Part shown: piece by piece, positions 9,099 to 21,224 of the stretch
Layout of the letters: each line of letters begins with the position of its first letter
Numbering within the stretch: position 1 is the stretch's first letter
Source: Trypanosoma brucei
Taxonomy: Eukaryota
NCBI GenBank assembly: GCA_000002445.1
Contig: CP000068.1
Location: forward strand, 448,001 to 512,000
DNA length: 64,000 nucleotides
Direction: 5' to 3'
Made by a program: the position numbers and the translations under genes
Notes under the pieces: model-generated
Told to the model about the DNA's origin: nothing
Databases searched by the model: none
What the model saw: the letters and a program-made list of their open reading frames with translations, nothing else

Positions 9099-11383
9099 TT
9101 TGCCTTTGTCTTGGTAGTAATCAGGGAGAAAAAAAAGATGTCATGCACACATTTTCTGACGCATGAGTATATCTGCATCGGAAAATCGATAGATTCCTAT
9201 ACGTTAGTATTAGTATTATTATTATTTTTCAGAAAAAAAATATATATAGTTACGTTCGTGATATGGAGGAGAACAGCGGGAAGGAAACTATAAAGTACCT
9301 CCTTCCATCCAAATGAGGGGAAAAAAGTGCGGGGGCGACAATTTTGTCGCCACTACTTGTGGTTTCTAATTGGTTTCGTTACGTCTAACACTAACTAACT
9401 GATTAACCGTTTGTGCATTAATGCGGTGCCCTTCATATTTAACTTACGTAAGGTCGAACAACACGACATCCACACATATTTGTAAACAATTTAAATATTT
9501 GTTTATATATTCCATCGCTCGCTCACGACTGGCAGTCTGTTTAGTGAACAACTTAAACTCGGTTACCGACCCACTTGTTTCATCTGCCTCTTTTTTGTTT
9601 TTTTTTTTCTCCTTTGGTTACGGTCTCTGCTTCACACTTAGGGATTGGCATGTGGGCGTAAGCGCGTGCATATATTTGGAATAATAAAAAAAAAAAAAAG
9701 ATGGGTCATTGGGTTCCATTAGATGAGACATGCGGCCAAACCAAAACCGAATATTCCCACAAAATATGACACACCGGTGCCAAACATCTCCGCGGCATTT
9801 GTTATTGCGGTCTGTTGTGCATGAAAATCATTGGCTTCGCACATCTGTTGGTTACTTTTCATGTGGCACGAGCGAATTGTGTGTGACAATTAGGGGGAGA
9901 AAAAAAAAAAAGAGAGAACCAAATCTCCAACGCCGTTTAAATTTTTGCCCTGAAAGAAATGGTTCATAAATGTGAAATGGCTAAAAGCAAAACGAGGATT
10001 CCAATTTACGCGGTATATGCTGCACGGAGGAACAAGGAAACAAACCCGCATTAATTTGTGGGTAAGTCGGCGAGCCCTCAGTTTGCAACAATCATGAATT
10101 AAATTGAAGTGAAGTCCAAACATTTGTAGAAGGAAAGAAAATGGAAAAAATTAAAAAAAAAAACACGTCATTACAAGAGACAATGACAGCTGTGACAACA
10201 TAATGCTTTCGATGATACGCCAACTTCTTTCAAAAATAACTATCGAGCTCACTCAATTTCATCCAAATTTTAAATGCCAGAGGTGATACCAACGGCAGCA
10301 CGCACACGCGTAGCTTTCCAACGTGCCCTCCGCGGAATCATTATTTCACGTCGACGATAAACTTTCACATCTGCAATAGTTACGTGGCGCCACAACTTCT
10401 TTTTTTTTAAAAATATAAAAAAACCCAACAACACAACTTTCACTGCAGAGAAGAGGACGATGTCACGTGTTTATCTTTCCCAATGTATTAGATTTAAAGC
10501 GGAAGGAACATATGTGCTGCGCGTTGTAGTGGATACGGTATCATTAAAATAATGAATACAACATTGGATTTGTCTACCTGCATGACGAAGTGGGGAAGGG
10601 GAAGGGAGGGGAGAAAATAAGAAAGCAACAAAATAAAAAGGAGAGAAATATATATTTGCGTGTATGTGTATGTGTGTAGCGGAAACAATCCCCGCAAAGT
10701 AAATGCGCTTGTGCAAACAAAATAGAAGGGACGGTTAGTGACCACACGTGTGTGCGTATGGGGACAATGAATATAAAACACAGGACCGGAGATATACACG
10801 AAAGAAACCAAAGAAACAAACAAACAAACGGGAATTTTAAAAAGAAAAACCAAGAGAACAAATACATGTGAGCCCGCACCCAGGTTAATGAAGAAAGGGT
10901 GGAAGAAAAGAGGGAAGTCAAGAAATAAAAGGGGTAAGGAGCGTATAGCGAAATAAAGAGGGGAGAACATACGTGAAGATTATCATTCGATATATCTACC
11001 CCGTTACACTATGATGCCCGAGCCCGCAAGCGCGCCCCACGGAAACAAAGAGAGAGAAAAGCGCACGATATAAGGCACGGGGTTTGAAACAAATATATAT
11101 ACGAAAAGAAAAAGGGAAAGGGAGATGTGATGCTCTTGTCAACCCCCATCTCCTTACCTTTTGTTGGTTACTGCGTAAAGACGAAGTTTAGTGGGCAAGA
11201 ATAAGATAATATATAATGGTAAAAACACGTTAAACTAAAGGGATGCCATAATGGCTATGGTAACAAAAAATTCGGAGGGTTAGGGTTAGCCGCGCGTACG
11301 GCGGACTCAGGGTTGGGAACAAGCAGGGAACAAATGCAAAGCTTAGCCGAGCAGTGAATAAACCAAATCACCTGTAAACATTG

Positions 11384-14300
11384 TCATAACGTTACCGTAA
11401 AGCCATCAGTATCGCTCAACTGCCCAGTGGCGATACTTGTGCTGCGTCCCGTGGATTGAGAGACCACGGTGTGATCTATGACCTTTCCAACCTTCGCAGC
11501 AACAATATGTATGACTTGCCTACAGTAGTCATCGCTCCATACGAATCCTGCCTCGGGTGGCAACGCAACACGCCACCGTTCGCAAAAGGGCATCAGTGCT
11601 TTCCGTCGTTGTGCGGCTGTAAACGTGCCCAGTAGGGCATTGAGGGAGTCGACAATAGTTTGGGCTGAACGCGTTATTGCATTGCCTGAGAGACCGCGTT
11701 CGCCGCTGGAAATAGAGCCTTCAGAGCTATCCCCGAAGACACAAGTGTCCTTATCGATATCCAGCGCTGCAAAGATCCTTCCCGGCACAGCATTCAGTTG
11801 CCATATTTCCACAGGTGCGTTCACACCGCGAAGTTCAACGGGAGCAAGTGCGGTGACATCAATTTGCTCACGCTCCTCAGCTGAAAGTGACATGTATGTC
11901 GCACGTGTCATTAACACCTGCCCACCATCTGCCACACCTTCCGTCCGCGCTGCCATGTTTGATGTGTGCCCGTAGTAGTCATATCCTTTAGTAACCTCAT
12001 CATTCCGAATTTCGCATAACCCGGTGTGAATCCCAACACGCACACGCAGGCCACTCCACAGCTGGTCGTACACGTTAGGATCCAGATGTGCGGACGGCGG
12101 AGTATACCCCTCTTCTTCTTCAGCTCGCCGCCGCTCCATATCTCGGTAGAGCTCATCGAACGCGGTCGTTCCCCAGTTGTGGTGCAAGAATGTCCGTTGC
12201 AGATCATGTGCAAGCTGTACGGCAGCGAAGGGGTCCTTGCAAGCAATCATGAAGGAGTCTCCAACCGTCTTTACCTCATAACAGTTGTATCGCACAATAA
12301 GTGACCGAATCAAACGGTGGTGCAGGTCAACAGCATCGGGCATCAACTCGGGGTATGCCGACCACTGCGCAGTGCTGCTTTCAATGTCTGTGAAAACAAG
12401 CGTCACAGGATCTGACAGTTCCTTCGGCGCATTCCCGTTGTCACGGGCACTACGCTGTGCGAAGTACAATTGACAAACAACTATCGCCACAAACAGAAAC
12501 ACAGTGAAGAGAGAACCAACGACGATGCCTATGAGCGTTGAGCCTGTAGATCCAGCCGCGTTCGGGTCATGATATTGCATCGACGGCGTGACGGGTAGAG
12601 CGAGAGCGGGTACAGAGGCATTCAACACACGTGCCATCGACCACACGGAGATGCGGGTTGCTCCATAGTTCACAGCACATCCACCATCGCCAAGACCATC
12701 GACATCGTCGTTAACACACTCACCATGGTTGAAAGGGCCATAGTACATATCGCCGGCACTCACACCGATGTTGTTATAGAAAAGATTAATCACCGTCTCC
12801 CCGCTCACCTTTTCTATACGCGGAATGATAGTCCGAACTACTCGTGCGGCGGCGAAACCCACCAATGCCAATGGCGTCCACTGCGCTGGGTCTGGAAGCG
12901 CGGCGTGAAAGCCCTGTACAATTTCGGATGAGCTGTGGACCTCTGCCCAGTGCGGCAGGTTTGTTGCAATTAGCAGTCGGTTGGCGCTTGAGCTACCGTT
13001 GAAAGCTTTCAAAACCTCATCGTATAGAAGCACAACATCGAAGAACGGAACCAGCACATGTACGTCCGGGTTGCGTTCCATGTGTGCCACTACTGAACCA
13101 ACATCGCTGGCAGTGAGACCAATTATGAACACATTGCCGTAAACAGGAAGTGCACCTTCTATTGTTTCATTGACTCGTGCTGTCACCAGAGAATGCGGCG
13201 TCACACCAAATGTCGCGAGCGTCCTTGTCAGTACGTCCCCGATTGCATTAGAGTCCTCCCCCCGAATGACGGCCCGCACGCCGCTGCCGCTGCTGCTCGA
13301 AATGTATGCCGCCAACACGAACAGTTGTTGCTCAAGTGTAGGCGACAAATGGATCACATTCTTCATACGGCGATTTAGCTGTGGGGTGAGGGGCACGGGA
13401 TCAATGAACGCCAAACCCGGCGTCCGCATTATTGTAGGATGCACTACGCCAAATACGGCTGTAACTGTCCTGGTATTCAACTCTTGCTGCAAGCTACCAG
13501 TCAGCCCATCTGAAAGTGCGGGAAGCGTATGCATAAATACCCTATTCGACTGCTCATGATGCCCCCTACTAACGCTGACCGATGCCGCATTGCGCATAAT
13601 TGTCGCCGCCCTTAATGCAATGGGGTCATCTAATGTTAGGATGAAAAGACCGATTAGCGGAGCGTGCAACCCACCGGAATCACTGTAGCACCCTGATACG
13701 TCGCGCGTGATTAGCCCATCCGCCAAGGGCGAAAGGTTACCGTTCTCTTCCAACCTGTTCATGTAAATCACATGCCCACCCTGGTTACAACGGCATGTAG
13801 CGCCCTGAGCAGCTGCGGAGCCTGTGCATTCGCCACCGTAGTCACCAATGACGAGGTCATCAATCACGTACCGGCGCTGATTGTACAGCGATTTTTTAAA
13901 TTCTTCCCTGCTCGTTAGCCACTCGCGATTGCTTAGCGCTTGCAGCAGTGCCTCACCGGCAACCCATCCAAGCACCGCCAGCTTCCCAGTGGTGGCATGC
14001 TTGAGAAAATGGTCTTCACCACCGGGGCTACTTTCGTTCTTTTGCGCCTTTAGATATGACCTCATTTCCTTCTGAAACCGTCGTACGGCATGGTGTTTGA
14101 CGTCGGTTGCGAGCGGGTTTGTTCCCGTGATAATAACTTGACCTGACGCAAAGGCGACCTTTCCACTTCGACGGAGTTCTTCAGCTATGATGCTAATAGC
14201 TGGCTGCAGCGCAGATGGGGCCAGGATGTACATGTCTTTTGTGCGTTCGTCCGAAGGCACCGCCAAAAGAAACTTGAACGTATCTGTGTTGGGAGGCCCT

Positions 14301-15133
14301 AATACAAGCACACCCTGCGGATGCAAGGAAGCGAATCGACTCCACATCGCATTGAAGACTTCACCGCTAGCCGAACCATAATCGGAACTTTCTAGCGCAA
14401 AAACTCCGCAGAGATCACGCCCCATTCTTGACATCAGCCTCATCGTGAGTTCATACTGTACCTCACCATAAGAGGTATTGTGCAAATGCATTAAACCCAA
14501 TCGAAGTGGTCGTAGTTGACTCAGTGCGTAGTAAATGAGGGCGATGAGTTCGGCAACAGGATCGGCTCCAAGGAAGTACAAATGCGGTGTCCACTTGCGG
14601 AGCCCGCTTGACCCAGTAACTGGGGCGAAGGCAATTACATTGTGCTTTTCGAGTAGAGGTGTCACGGCTAAGACATCACGGTCACTCAACGGCCCGAGCA
14701 GCACCAGCAATTCCGATTTGTTTGAAAGTTTCTTGTCAAGCGCATCAATGCTTTGATTACCATAAGATCCCCAGCTTACAGGAACAACGTGCACATTTCG
14801 CGCTGCGGTCCAATTACGTGCAGCGAGCGAGCTGTTGAAACCAGAAATGATGGCATCACCAATTGGTGAGGGAGCACGGAGGCCACGCATAAGGCACAGC
14901 ACAGTCACTGTAACGTTATCTCCCGAATGCACGGAAGCCCGCAGTGGCATCGGAAGCAACATCAACAGCGAAAACATAAACAATGGCACCCACAACCTTG
15001 GGACTCTTGAGTTATCCTTCCCTTCACAGCGAAGGCCAACACCAACACCATTGGCGCTCCCTTTAACGTGGACGGACTTTTCTCCTCCTCTTTTTCTCCA
15101 TTTGTTCCCGAGTAAACTCGTCCTGTCGTTCAT
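11384..15133 (-). CDS. GRESAG4: Receptor-type adenylate cyclase (ESAG4-related, GRESAG4 type), 1249-aa ORF. The true start may be the internal Met at 14975-14977, which precedes a signal peptide.
   Basis: Large N-terminal extracellular domain, single TM (IGIVVGSLFTVFLFVAIVVCQL), then a class III cyclase catalytic domain (VFTDIESSTAQWSAYPELMPDAVDLHHRLIRSLIVRYNCYEVKTVGDSFMIACKDPFAAVQLAHDLQ). A signal-peptide-like MFSLLMLLPMPLRASVHS begins at ORF residue 53. Confidence 0.85.
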   Translation of the reverse strand: MNDRTSLLGNKWRKRGGEKSVHVKGSANGVGVGLRCEGKDNSRVPRLWVPLFMFSLLMLLPMPLRASVHSGDNVTVTVLCLMRGLRAPSPIGDAIISGFNSSLAARNWTAARNVHVVPVSWGSYGNQSIDALDKKLSNKSELLVLLGPLSDRDVLAVTPLLEKHNVIAFAPVTGSSGLRKWTPHLYFLGADPVAELIALIYYALSQLRPLRLGLMHLHNTSYGEVQYELTMRLMSRMGRDLCGVFALESSDYGSASGEVFNAMWSRFASLHPQGVLVLGPPNTDTFKFLLAVPSDERTKDMYILAPSALQPAISIIAEELRRSGKVAFASGQVIITGTNPLATDVKHHAVRRFQKEMRSYLKAQKNESSPGGEDHFLKHATTGKLAVLGWVAGEALLQALSNREWLTSREEFKKSLYNQRRYVIDDLVIGDYGGECTGSAAAQGATCRCNQGGHVIYMNRLEENGNLSPLADGLITRDVSGCYSDSGGLHAPLIGLFILTLDDPIALRAATIMRNAASVSVSRGHHEQSNRVFMHTLPALSDGLTGSLQQELNTRTVTAVFGVVHPTIMRTPGLAFIDPVPLTPQLNRRMKNVIHLSPTLEQQLFVLAAYISSSSGSGVRAVIRGEDSNAIGDVLTRTLATFGVTPHSLVTARVNETIEGALPVYGNVFIIGLTASDVGSVVAHMERNPDVHVLVPFFDVVLLYDEVLKAFNGSSSANRLLIATNLPHWAEVHSSSEIVQGFHAALPDPAQWTPLALVGFAAARVVRTIIPRIEKVSGETVINLFYNNIGVSAGDMYYGPFNHGECVNDDVDGLGDGGCAVNYGATRISVWSMARVLNASVPALALPVTPSMQYHDPNAAGSTGSTLIGIVVGSLFTVFLFVAIVVCQLYFAQRSARDNGNAPKELSDPVTLVFTDIESSTAQWSAYPELMPDAVDLHHRLIRSLIVRYNCYEVKTVGDSFMIACKDPFAAVQLAHDLQRTFLHHNWGTTAFDELYRDMERRRAEEEEGYTPPSAHLDPNVYDQLWSGLRVRVGIHTGLCEIRNDEVTKGYDYYGHTSNMAARTEGVADGGQVLMTRATYMSLSAEEREQIDVTALAPVELRGVNAPVEIWQLNAVPGRIFAALDIDKDTCVFGDSSEGSISSGERGLSGNAITRSAQTIVDSLNALLGTFTAAQRRKALMPFCERWRVALPPEAGFVWSDDYCRQVIHIVAAKVGKVIDHTVVSQSTGRSTSIATGQLSDTDGFTVTL

Positions 15134-16052
15134 AATATCAGCAAATGGCTCAAATGGATCTGCAGTCTAAGTGTAAGCAGAAGGTGGCGGTCTAAGAAAG
15201 TGAACAAAAAAAAAGAAGAAAAAAAAGGGGAAATGGAAATGCGTTGTGACGTTGGGTAGTGAAGTTCAGACATGGGCTGCGACTGTGGGTGAATTCGCGA
15301 CCACATTATTTTCTTCATCCCTCCCCTTCATTGTGGTAAAACCAATGCAAAAAAGGGGGAAAGTGAAGAGTGGAGAAGGAATTCGAGTTAAGGGTATGTG
15401 CGCAATAGGCAAAAATAGCACAAATAACAATAATAAAGCGTGGTGGTCATATACATTTGCACACGACCACGTGCCCCTAAAGTCTCGGCGACTTTCCCCT
15501 GTGATACGTACATGGCATGGTGGTGGTAATGGAAAGGAATAATCAAACGGGGACCGCGTTAGAAGCTTCTCACACACATCGTTTCATTGGTTTCCAAAGG
15601 TGCAAACTGTGTGCGTGACAGCCGATATTATGTGGAAGAACTCTTTGCGTGACTGTCCACATTTCCATAAACTACCTGGTCTGTTGAGCGGTACGACGGG
15701 GAAAAAGATGAAAATTTACCGACCAACGTTACTTTCCTTCATAAGGGCGAAGAGGCGCCTCCTGGCTCCACGCAGCATAGAAATACGCTACCAGGTCAGT
15801 GCACACATATATACACATAAACACGCAAATATTTACTTACCTTCCCCTCACAGATATATGCATATGTATTATATATATATATTCTTTTTCTTAATAATTT
15901 AAAAAAAAAAGGTCTCTCTTCCCCTTCTCCCCAAAAGACATTTAGTAGTGTAAATTTGGCTCTCCGTGTGCCTGTCTGGCTACCTCCCACTTTTCCTTCC
16001 TCTGAACAATGCGGTTGCCGCTTCATTTCATTTGATTTCCCCTTGTTTCCCT

Positions 16053-16072
16053 TTCTCTCTCTCTCTCTCTCT
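16053..16072. repeat. (TC)10 microsatellite in the spacer between the adenylate cyclase and LOG-family genes
   Basis: Read directly from the sequence. Confidence 0.85.
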
Positions 16073-16501
16073 ACACATTATCATGGGAATCGATTTCGTT
16101 CTTTCTGCTAACGAGGAGTGGAAAAGAAAGGACACGCACACACACAGAGGCATCTGCAAAACAATATTAACGAAATCTCCATGGAAAGCTGGGGCCGACG
16201 ATTCCAAACCCCAATACATTCGCACGACGTGAACAACGAAAAATCAAAAAAAATCGAAAAAAAAAGAAGTACGACCATCGCCGGAAAATAGTTGTATGAG
16301 AAACCATTGAGTGAAAAGAGCATGGCTCCGACGCTCAGCAAAGTTTGTCAGTGCCACACCGTTAATGAATTGGAAAGAAGAGGGAAAGAACGTGAGGAAA
16401 ACCCTAACATTCTGCTGTGCTCCCCCCGCACCCGCATCCACTAACCGGAGTGGCTAATGTCAATGGTGGGGTGGGGGAGGGGGGAGTGGGGAAGCTCTAC
16501 C

Positions 16502-17482
16502 TTACGATGCTCCATTCTTTACAAAGAAATTCCGAATGAATGCGACTGCCTCGTCCACAGAGTCGGTGAAGCAAAGCGAGTCAACCTCCTCCTTTGATAT
16601 GGTTCCGAACTCAGCAAGCGCTTCCCAGTTCACCACTGTCTTCCAAAATTTGGTGCAGAAGAGAACAATGGGAAACTCAGGAATCTTCCGCGTCTGCCGC
16701 AGCGTCAACAGTTCGAAAACCTCATCCATCGTTCCGAATCCCCCGGGCGCGATGACGATCGCACGGCAGGAGTACATCATCCAGAACTTGCGAGTGAAGA
16801 AATAATGGAATGTGAATGCCAGACCTGCCGTCACATATCGGTTGAGCCCTGCTTCAAAGGGAAGCGATATGCCCATTCCCATCGTCAGCGCACCCGGAAC
16901 AGAAGATGCGCCCTTGTTTGCAGCCTCCATGAAACCAGGTCCCCCGCCAGTGGTGACTACCAAATCGTGAAACAAATCCGCTTCCGCATCCACGTCAGCT
17001 TCTTTGTTAACTGCGCTCAAACTTGGCCGGAAATAGTCCGGGAGGCGAGAGAAGGAGGCATTAATCAACTCCTTCTCCTTGAGGGAGAACTCGGCAATAC
17101 GTTTCGACAGCTCGGTAACCCTTTCCATCCATTCGCACATCCATTCAATACTTCGCAGGCGCTTCATCTCCGTCTCGATGCGAGTCTTCTCCTGCGGGTC
17201 GGTTGCGGATTTGAGGGCAGTCACACGGCTCTCCATGGCAGCTTTGTGTTCTTCTTTCGTCATGGAGCGCGCACTGCCAAACAACAGGACGGTGGAGCGA
17301 ATGTGATTTTTGCGCAGTCTTGCCGCGGGCTCCTCAAATTCGCACAAGATACGAATAAGGCGACCTTGTGTGCTTCGTAAGAATGCTTCGTTGTTGTACG
17401 ACTTGACAGCGGGGACGAGTGCCCTCTTTTGTGCATCATCAATTTTCTGCACGTAGGGTGCGGATTCGTCGGTACCGGGCAT
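16502..17482 (-). CDS. LOG-family protein (annotated in trypanosomatids as lysine decarboxylase-like), 326 aa
   Basis: LOG/TIGR00730 signature motifs TGGGPGFMEAANKGA and IAPGGFGTMDEVFELLT. ATG confirmed at 17480-17482. Confidence 0.75.
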   Translation of the reverse strand: MPGTDESAPYVQKIDDAQKRALVPAVKSYNNEAFLRSTQGRLIRILCEFEEPAARLRKNHIRSTVLLFGSARSMTKEEHKAAMESRVTALKSATDPQEKTRIETEMKRLRSIEWMCEWMERVTELSKRIAEFSLKEKELINASFSRLPDYFRPSLSAVNKEADVDAEADLFHDLVVTTGGGPGFMEAANKGASSVPGALTMGMGISLPFEAGLNRYVTAGLAFTFHYFFTRKFWMMYSCRAIVIAPGGFGTMDEVFELLTLRQTRKIPEFPIVLFCTKFWKTVVNWEALAEFGTISKEEVDSLCFTDSVDEAVAFIRNFFVKNGAS

Positions 17483-17662
17483 CTGGCGGCGTTAGTTTGT
17501 GTGGCTTCGTCAAAATTAGCTACGGTAGTAAGGTGCAAAATTGGGAGGAAACAGCATAAAAGGAAAGAAAAAAAAAGAGAAAGGAAAAATGATTCAATTA
17601 TGCATGGTGAAGCAGCATGATTAGTGGGGAAGAACAAAGCAGAATATTTACGTGCATTTTTT

Positions 17663-17666
<4 letters not shown>

Positions 17667-17694
<28 letters not shown>
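17667..17694. repeat. (TG)14 microsatellite immediately upstream of the LOG-family gene
   Basis: Read directly from the sequence. Confidence 0.9.
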
Positions 17695-17695
<1 letters not shown>

Positions 17696-18923
17696 ACCCA
17701 TGAAGGAAGACGGGCAATAAGTAAGAGCTCAAATTATTTCTTTGTCCTGCCGCGAACCAGCCGTCTGCTTTTTTTTTTATTTTATTACTGAGCTTCGTAC
17801 TTTCTCAACTCTCTCAACCACCGCCCTCCTCCACAACGTTCCACACGTGTTTTACACCCCCCCCCTTGTCGTTACTCGACCTTCACACTATAATGAAAGT
17901 CATGAGGAAATAAAAAAAAAAAAAAGAAACCTTCATGTCAAAGAATCTCAAAGCAGAATTTCACGGCACCGCAGAGACGGTCTTCACATACTTCTTACAC
18001 GTGCTGCCAAAACCGGTGCAAATAATAAAAAAGAAAACGACAACAATAATAACAACAATAACAAAAATTCAAACATGAGGGTTTCGCTCCCCCGCCCACT
18101 CATACGTAAACGCATAAGAACTATCAGTCCTTATAAACACGCTACTACGACTACGCTTCCGCACTTCCACTTTTTTGTCGTTATAATCAACTACTTTCCA
18201 GTGGGCACGGGAGGAAACAAAGGGGAAAGAAAGGTGTCGCTAACAAAACAACAAAAAAAGAAGAAAAAAAAATGGAACAAATATCGAGCACACACAACAA
18301 AAGGTGATTATTGCCTTTAGATAGATGACTGTCCTCCCCATTTTTTCCCCCCATCCATCCATCCATCCGGCCCTGAGCACGCGCACACACAAAATATTCA
18401 GCAGCATTTCCCTTTTAATTCTTCCGTATGTTAGGCGTTAATTCCTAAACATAAAGATATCCCCCCTCTCCCATTTTACGGTTCCTGGTAACAAAATCAT
18501 AATAATAATAATAATTATTATTAGTATTATAATGTTGCTTACTATAATTAACGGCCTCTACTTGGACCATCCCTCTTTTGTTTCTTCCCACACCAGGAAA
18601 TGTAACCCCGTTTGACACCCGTTCAAACAGAGTACTAACACATAAATCATTCGCTACGTACCATTTACCCCAGTATGGCTCAGTTTCCGAGTGCCTTGAC
18701 AAACATGATATAACTATCCTCTCTTGATCCTCTTCCATCATTATCTTTTAACATTTATCATCAGCATCTTCACTATGGTCGTCGTGCATAACTCATCCCC
18801 TTTCTTGCCTTGCCTTCACTTCACTTCATTTGATTTCTTGTTTTTTTTCTTTCATGAGAGGAGAAAGGAAGCGGCTTCCACGCGCGGAACCGAAAGGGTA
18901 CGCATCATGGGGCTTTTTTTTTT

Positions 18924-19808
18924 TCAGTATTTAAACACCTGCGACTCCGCGTAGCCCATGTCCTTTAAAAGCCCTTTCAGTGGTCCCTGCTCGGGAGCCA
19001 TTCCCTCATTGAAAATCTTTTCACCAGCTATTTCCTTTATTAGTTCTGGAGGTCCCGCCACGAGGATTTTCGTGTAACGCTCCCCAGGTTTCGGCATAAA
19101 GGCACGAATCATTTCTTCATTAATTTCCCCGATACCGCCCAACCAACGATGTGGTACCTCTTGTAATGCAAGATACATGTTGAAGTTGTTGAACGTCGCC
19201 TGCAGGTTCGATAGTTCATTCGCCAAAAGAATGTCACCCCGCTTTTCATTAGCATACACGAGAGACACGTGTGTGTTATCTTTTGGGTTATCTAAAATCT
19301 CTCGTAACATTCTATACATGGGTGCTATACCTGTGCCGCTTGCCAGCATGCCTACACTTTTCCACATGTTTGGTTTGTAAAGAATTTTCACAAATGGACC
19401 CTTCACATGTAACTCCTCCCCGGGCCGTAGTTGAAAGAGTTCGCCACTCATCTTATCCTTCAGCCTCTTCTTGACCAAAATTTCGAAGCGTCCCTTTGTG
19501 TTATTTGGTGTAATGGGTACAAAAGGGTACGTTATTTCACTTCCACTATTATCCTTAATTCGCGCAATGATGCACGCGCCAGGTGGCATATGAAAAGGCG
19601 TTTCTGCTGTTTCCAATCCAAAGCAAAGACGGCGCGTGTCAGGTGATTCATATTGCGCTGATATGAGTTTAAAAGCGGAGAATTTATCCGGACTGAAACT
19701 TGATGGCTGCTTCGTTGCGCAATCCACTGCTATTCCATTAGAGGGACGTGCGGCATAAAAGACACCTGCAGTGAGGGATGCAGCGAAAGATAAGGCGAGT
19801 CGCACCAT
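18924..19808 (-). CDS. NADH-cytochrome b5 reductase (FAD/NAD-binding ferredoxin-reductase fold), 294 aa with N-terminal hydrophobic anchor
   Basis: Strong similarity to CYB5R motifs: FAD-binding RLCFGL...PGACIIARI and NADH-binding GTGIAPMYRMLREILDNPKDNTHVSLVYANEKRGDILLANEL. Confidence 0.85.
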   Translation of the reverse strand: MVRLALSFAASLTAGVFYAARPSNGIAVDCATKQPSSFSPDKFSAFKLISAQYESPDTRRLCFGLETAETPFHMPPGACIIARIKDNSGSEITYPFVPITPNNTKGRFEILVKKRLKDKMSGELFQLRPGEELHVKGPFVKILYKPNMWKSVGMLASGTGIAPMYRMLREILDNPKDNTHVSLVYANEKRGDILLANELSNLQATFNNFNMYLALQEVPHRWLGGIGEINEEMIRAFMPKPGERYTKILVAGPPELIKEIAGEKIFNEGMAPEQGPLKGLLKDMGYAESQVFKY

Positions 19809-21201
19809 TATTACTATTATTTTCTTTCTTTTTTTGTAAAAAAGGGAGGGGGATTCTCACCCGCAGCTGCAACTATTCCTATTCCTACTTTATTATTATT
19901 ATTATTGTTGTTGTTGTTGTTTTCGTTTTTGCATGACGCAACAGTGCAATGAAAACGGGCAAAGGCACAAAACAACGACAACAACACAGGCGGTGCCATT
20001 TTTTTTAAATAAATAAAATTGGAGAGAAGTGGAACATCGGGGTAACCGCAAAGAAATATTAGTTAAAGAGATGAGAGGAAAAAATAATAAACTGAGGGGT
20101 GGGGTGGGGTGGGGAAAAAAGAAAATAAAGGACAAGGAAGGGGGAAAAAAAATCAAAGGAACCAAAGGGACTACCATAAAGGAAAGAAAGAAAAGGAGGC
20201 ATGTGGGTGTGCGGGGGAAAAAACAAAACATGGTATCAAAAACATACGTATCCTTTCGGAGGGAAAATAAATAAATAAAATAAAACAACAACAAATTTAG
20301 TGCGACATATCCGGATCGTAAAAGCGAAGAAAGAAAAAAAAAAGAAAAGGAGAGGAGAGGAGATGGTTGGGATTAGGACCCGGCTTCCCCCCCTTCCCTT
20401 CGGAAGGTGTAGTAAAATGTAAAGATGAGACGCATGGAAGTGGAAGTTCAGATGGTGAGGGCAAAAATAAATAAATAAAAATAAAAATAAAAATATAAAA
20501 TAAAATAAAGCAGTATTCACCACTTCCATCATGGAGCATAAAAACCAATTAGATACATTTAAATAAATCTAAAGTCAGGAGTCAAATTGCACACATTCCA
20601 TCATTTTCTTCTCTGAAGGGAGGAAGGGAAGGGGTTTTCTCCCTTGCATGTGCCGTCGTTGTTCACTCTTAACCGAAGAACGGAAGCAAAACAAACAAAC
20701 AAACACACGCACACACACGCTGAAAACAACAACAACAACTAAAAAAAAAAGTTGACCAAAAATACTACATATTTCACGCTCGAGAGAAGTCCCTGTCCTT
20801 ATTTTATTTTTTATGTTGTTTCATTTCTCTCCTCCCTTCACTTTTTTTTTCTCTTTCCCCCTTCATCACAAAAACGAGGTGAAGGCAAATATCCGTGGGA
20901 ATATAATTTGTACGGGGAGGAGAGGAAAGAAAATGAATTAAAAGTAAAATGGGAAATTTCTGGATGCTCCTGCACACACACGCGCGCAAATGCTTCGGAC
21001 AAACACATACGGAGTTATGCATTTGTACACTTCGTAAACGCTACAAAAATAACAAAAAATGTCAGCAGTAATGATGATAATAATATAATATTATATAAAA
21101 TAATAATGACAACAGTGGGGGAAAATAATGAACGCTATTAGCGTGTTTTTTTTACGGGTGCAAGCTCACAAACACATGGACACAAGCACACACAAATGTA
21201 A

Positions 21202-21224
21202 ATATATATATATATATATATATA
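21202..21224. repeat. (AT)n microsatellite in the 3.2-kb spacer between the cytochrome b5 reductase gene and EIF4G1
   Basis: Read directly from the sequence. Confidence 0.85.

Noticed and set aside
10494-10970. Overlapping minus-strand ORFs of 81-158 aa between the LRR gene and the adenylate cyclase
   Set aside because: They are translations of purine/pyrimidine-biased low-complexity spacer (poly-Phe/Leu/Ser), they mutually overlap in different frames, and they contain no domain.
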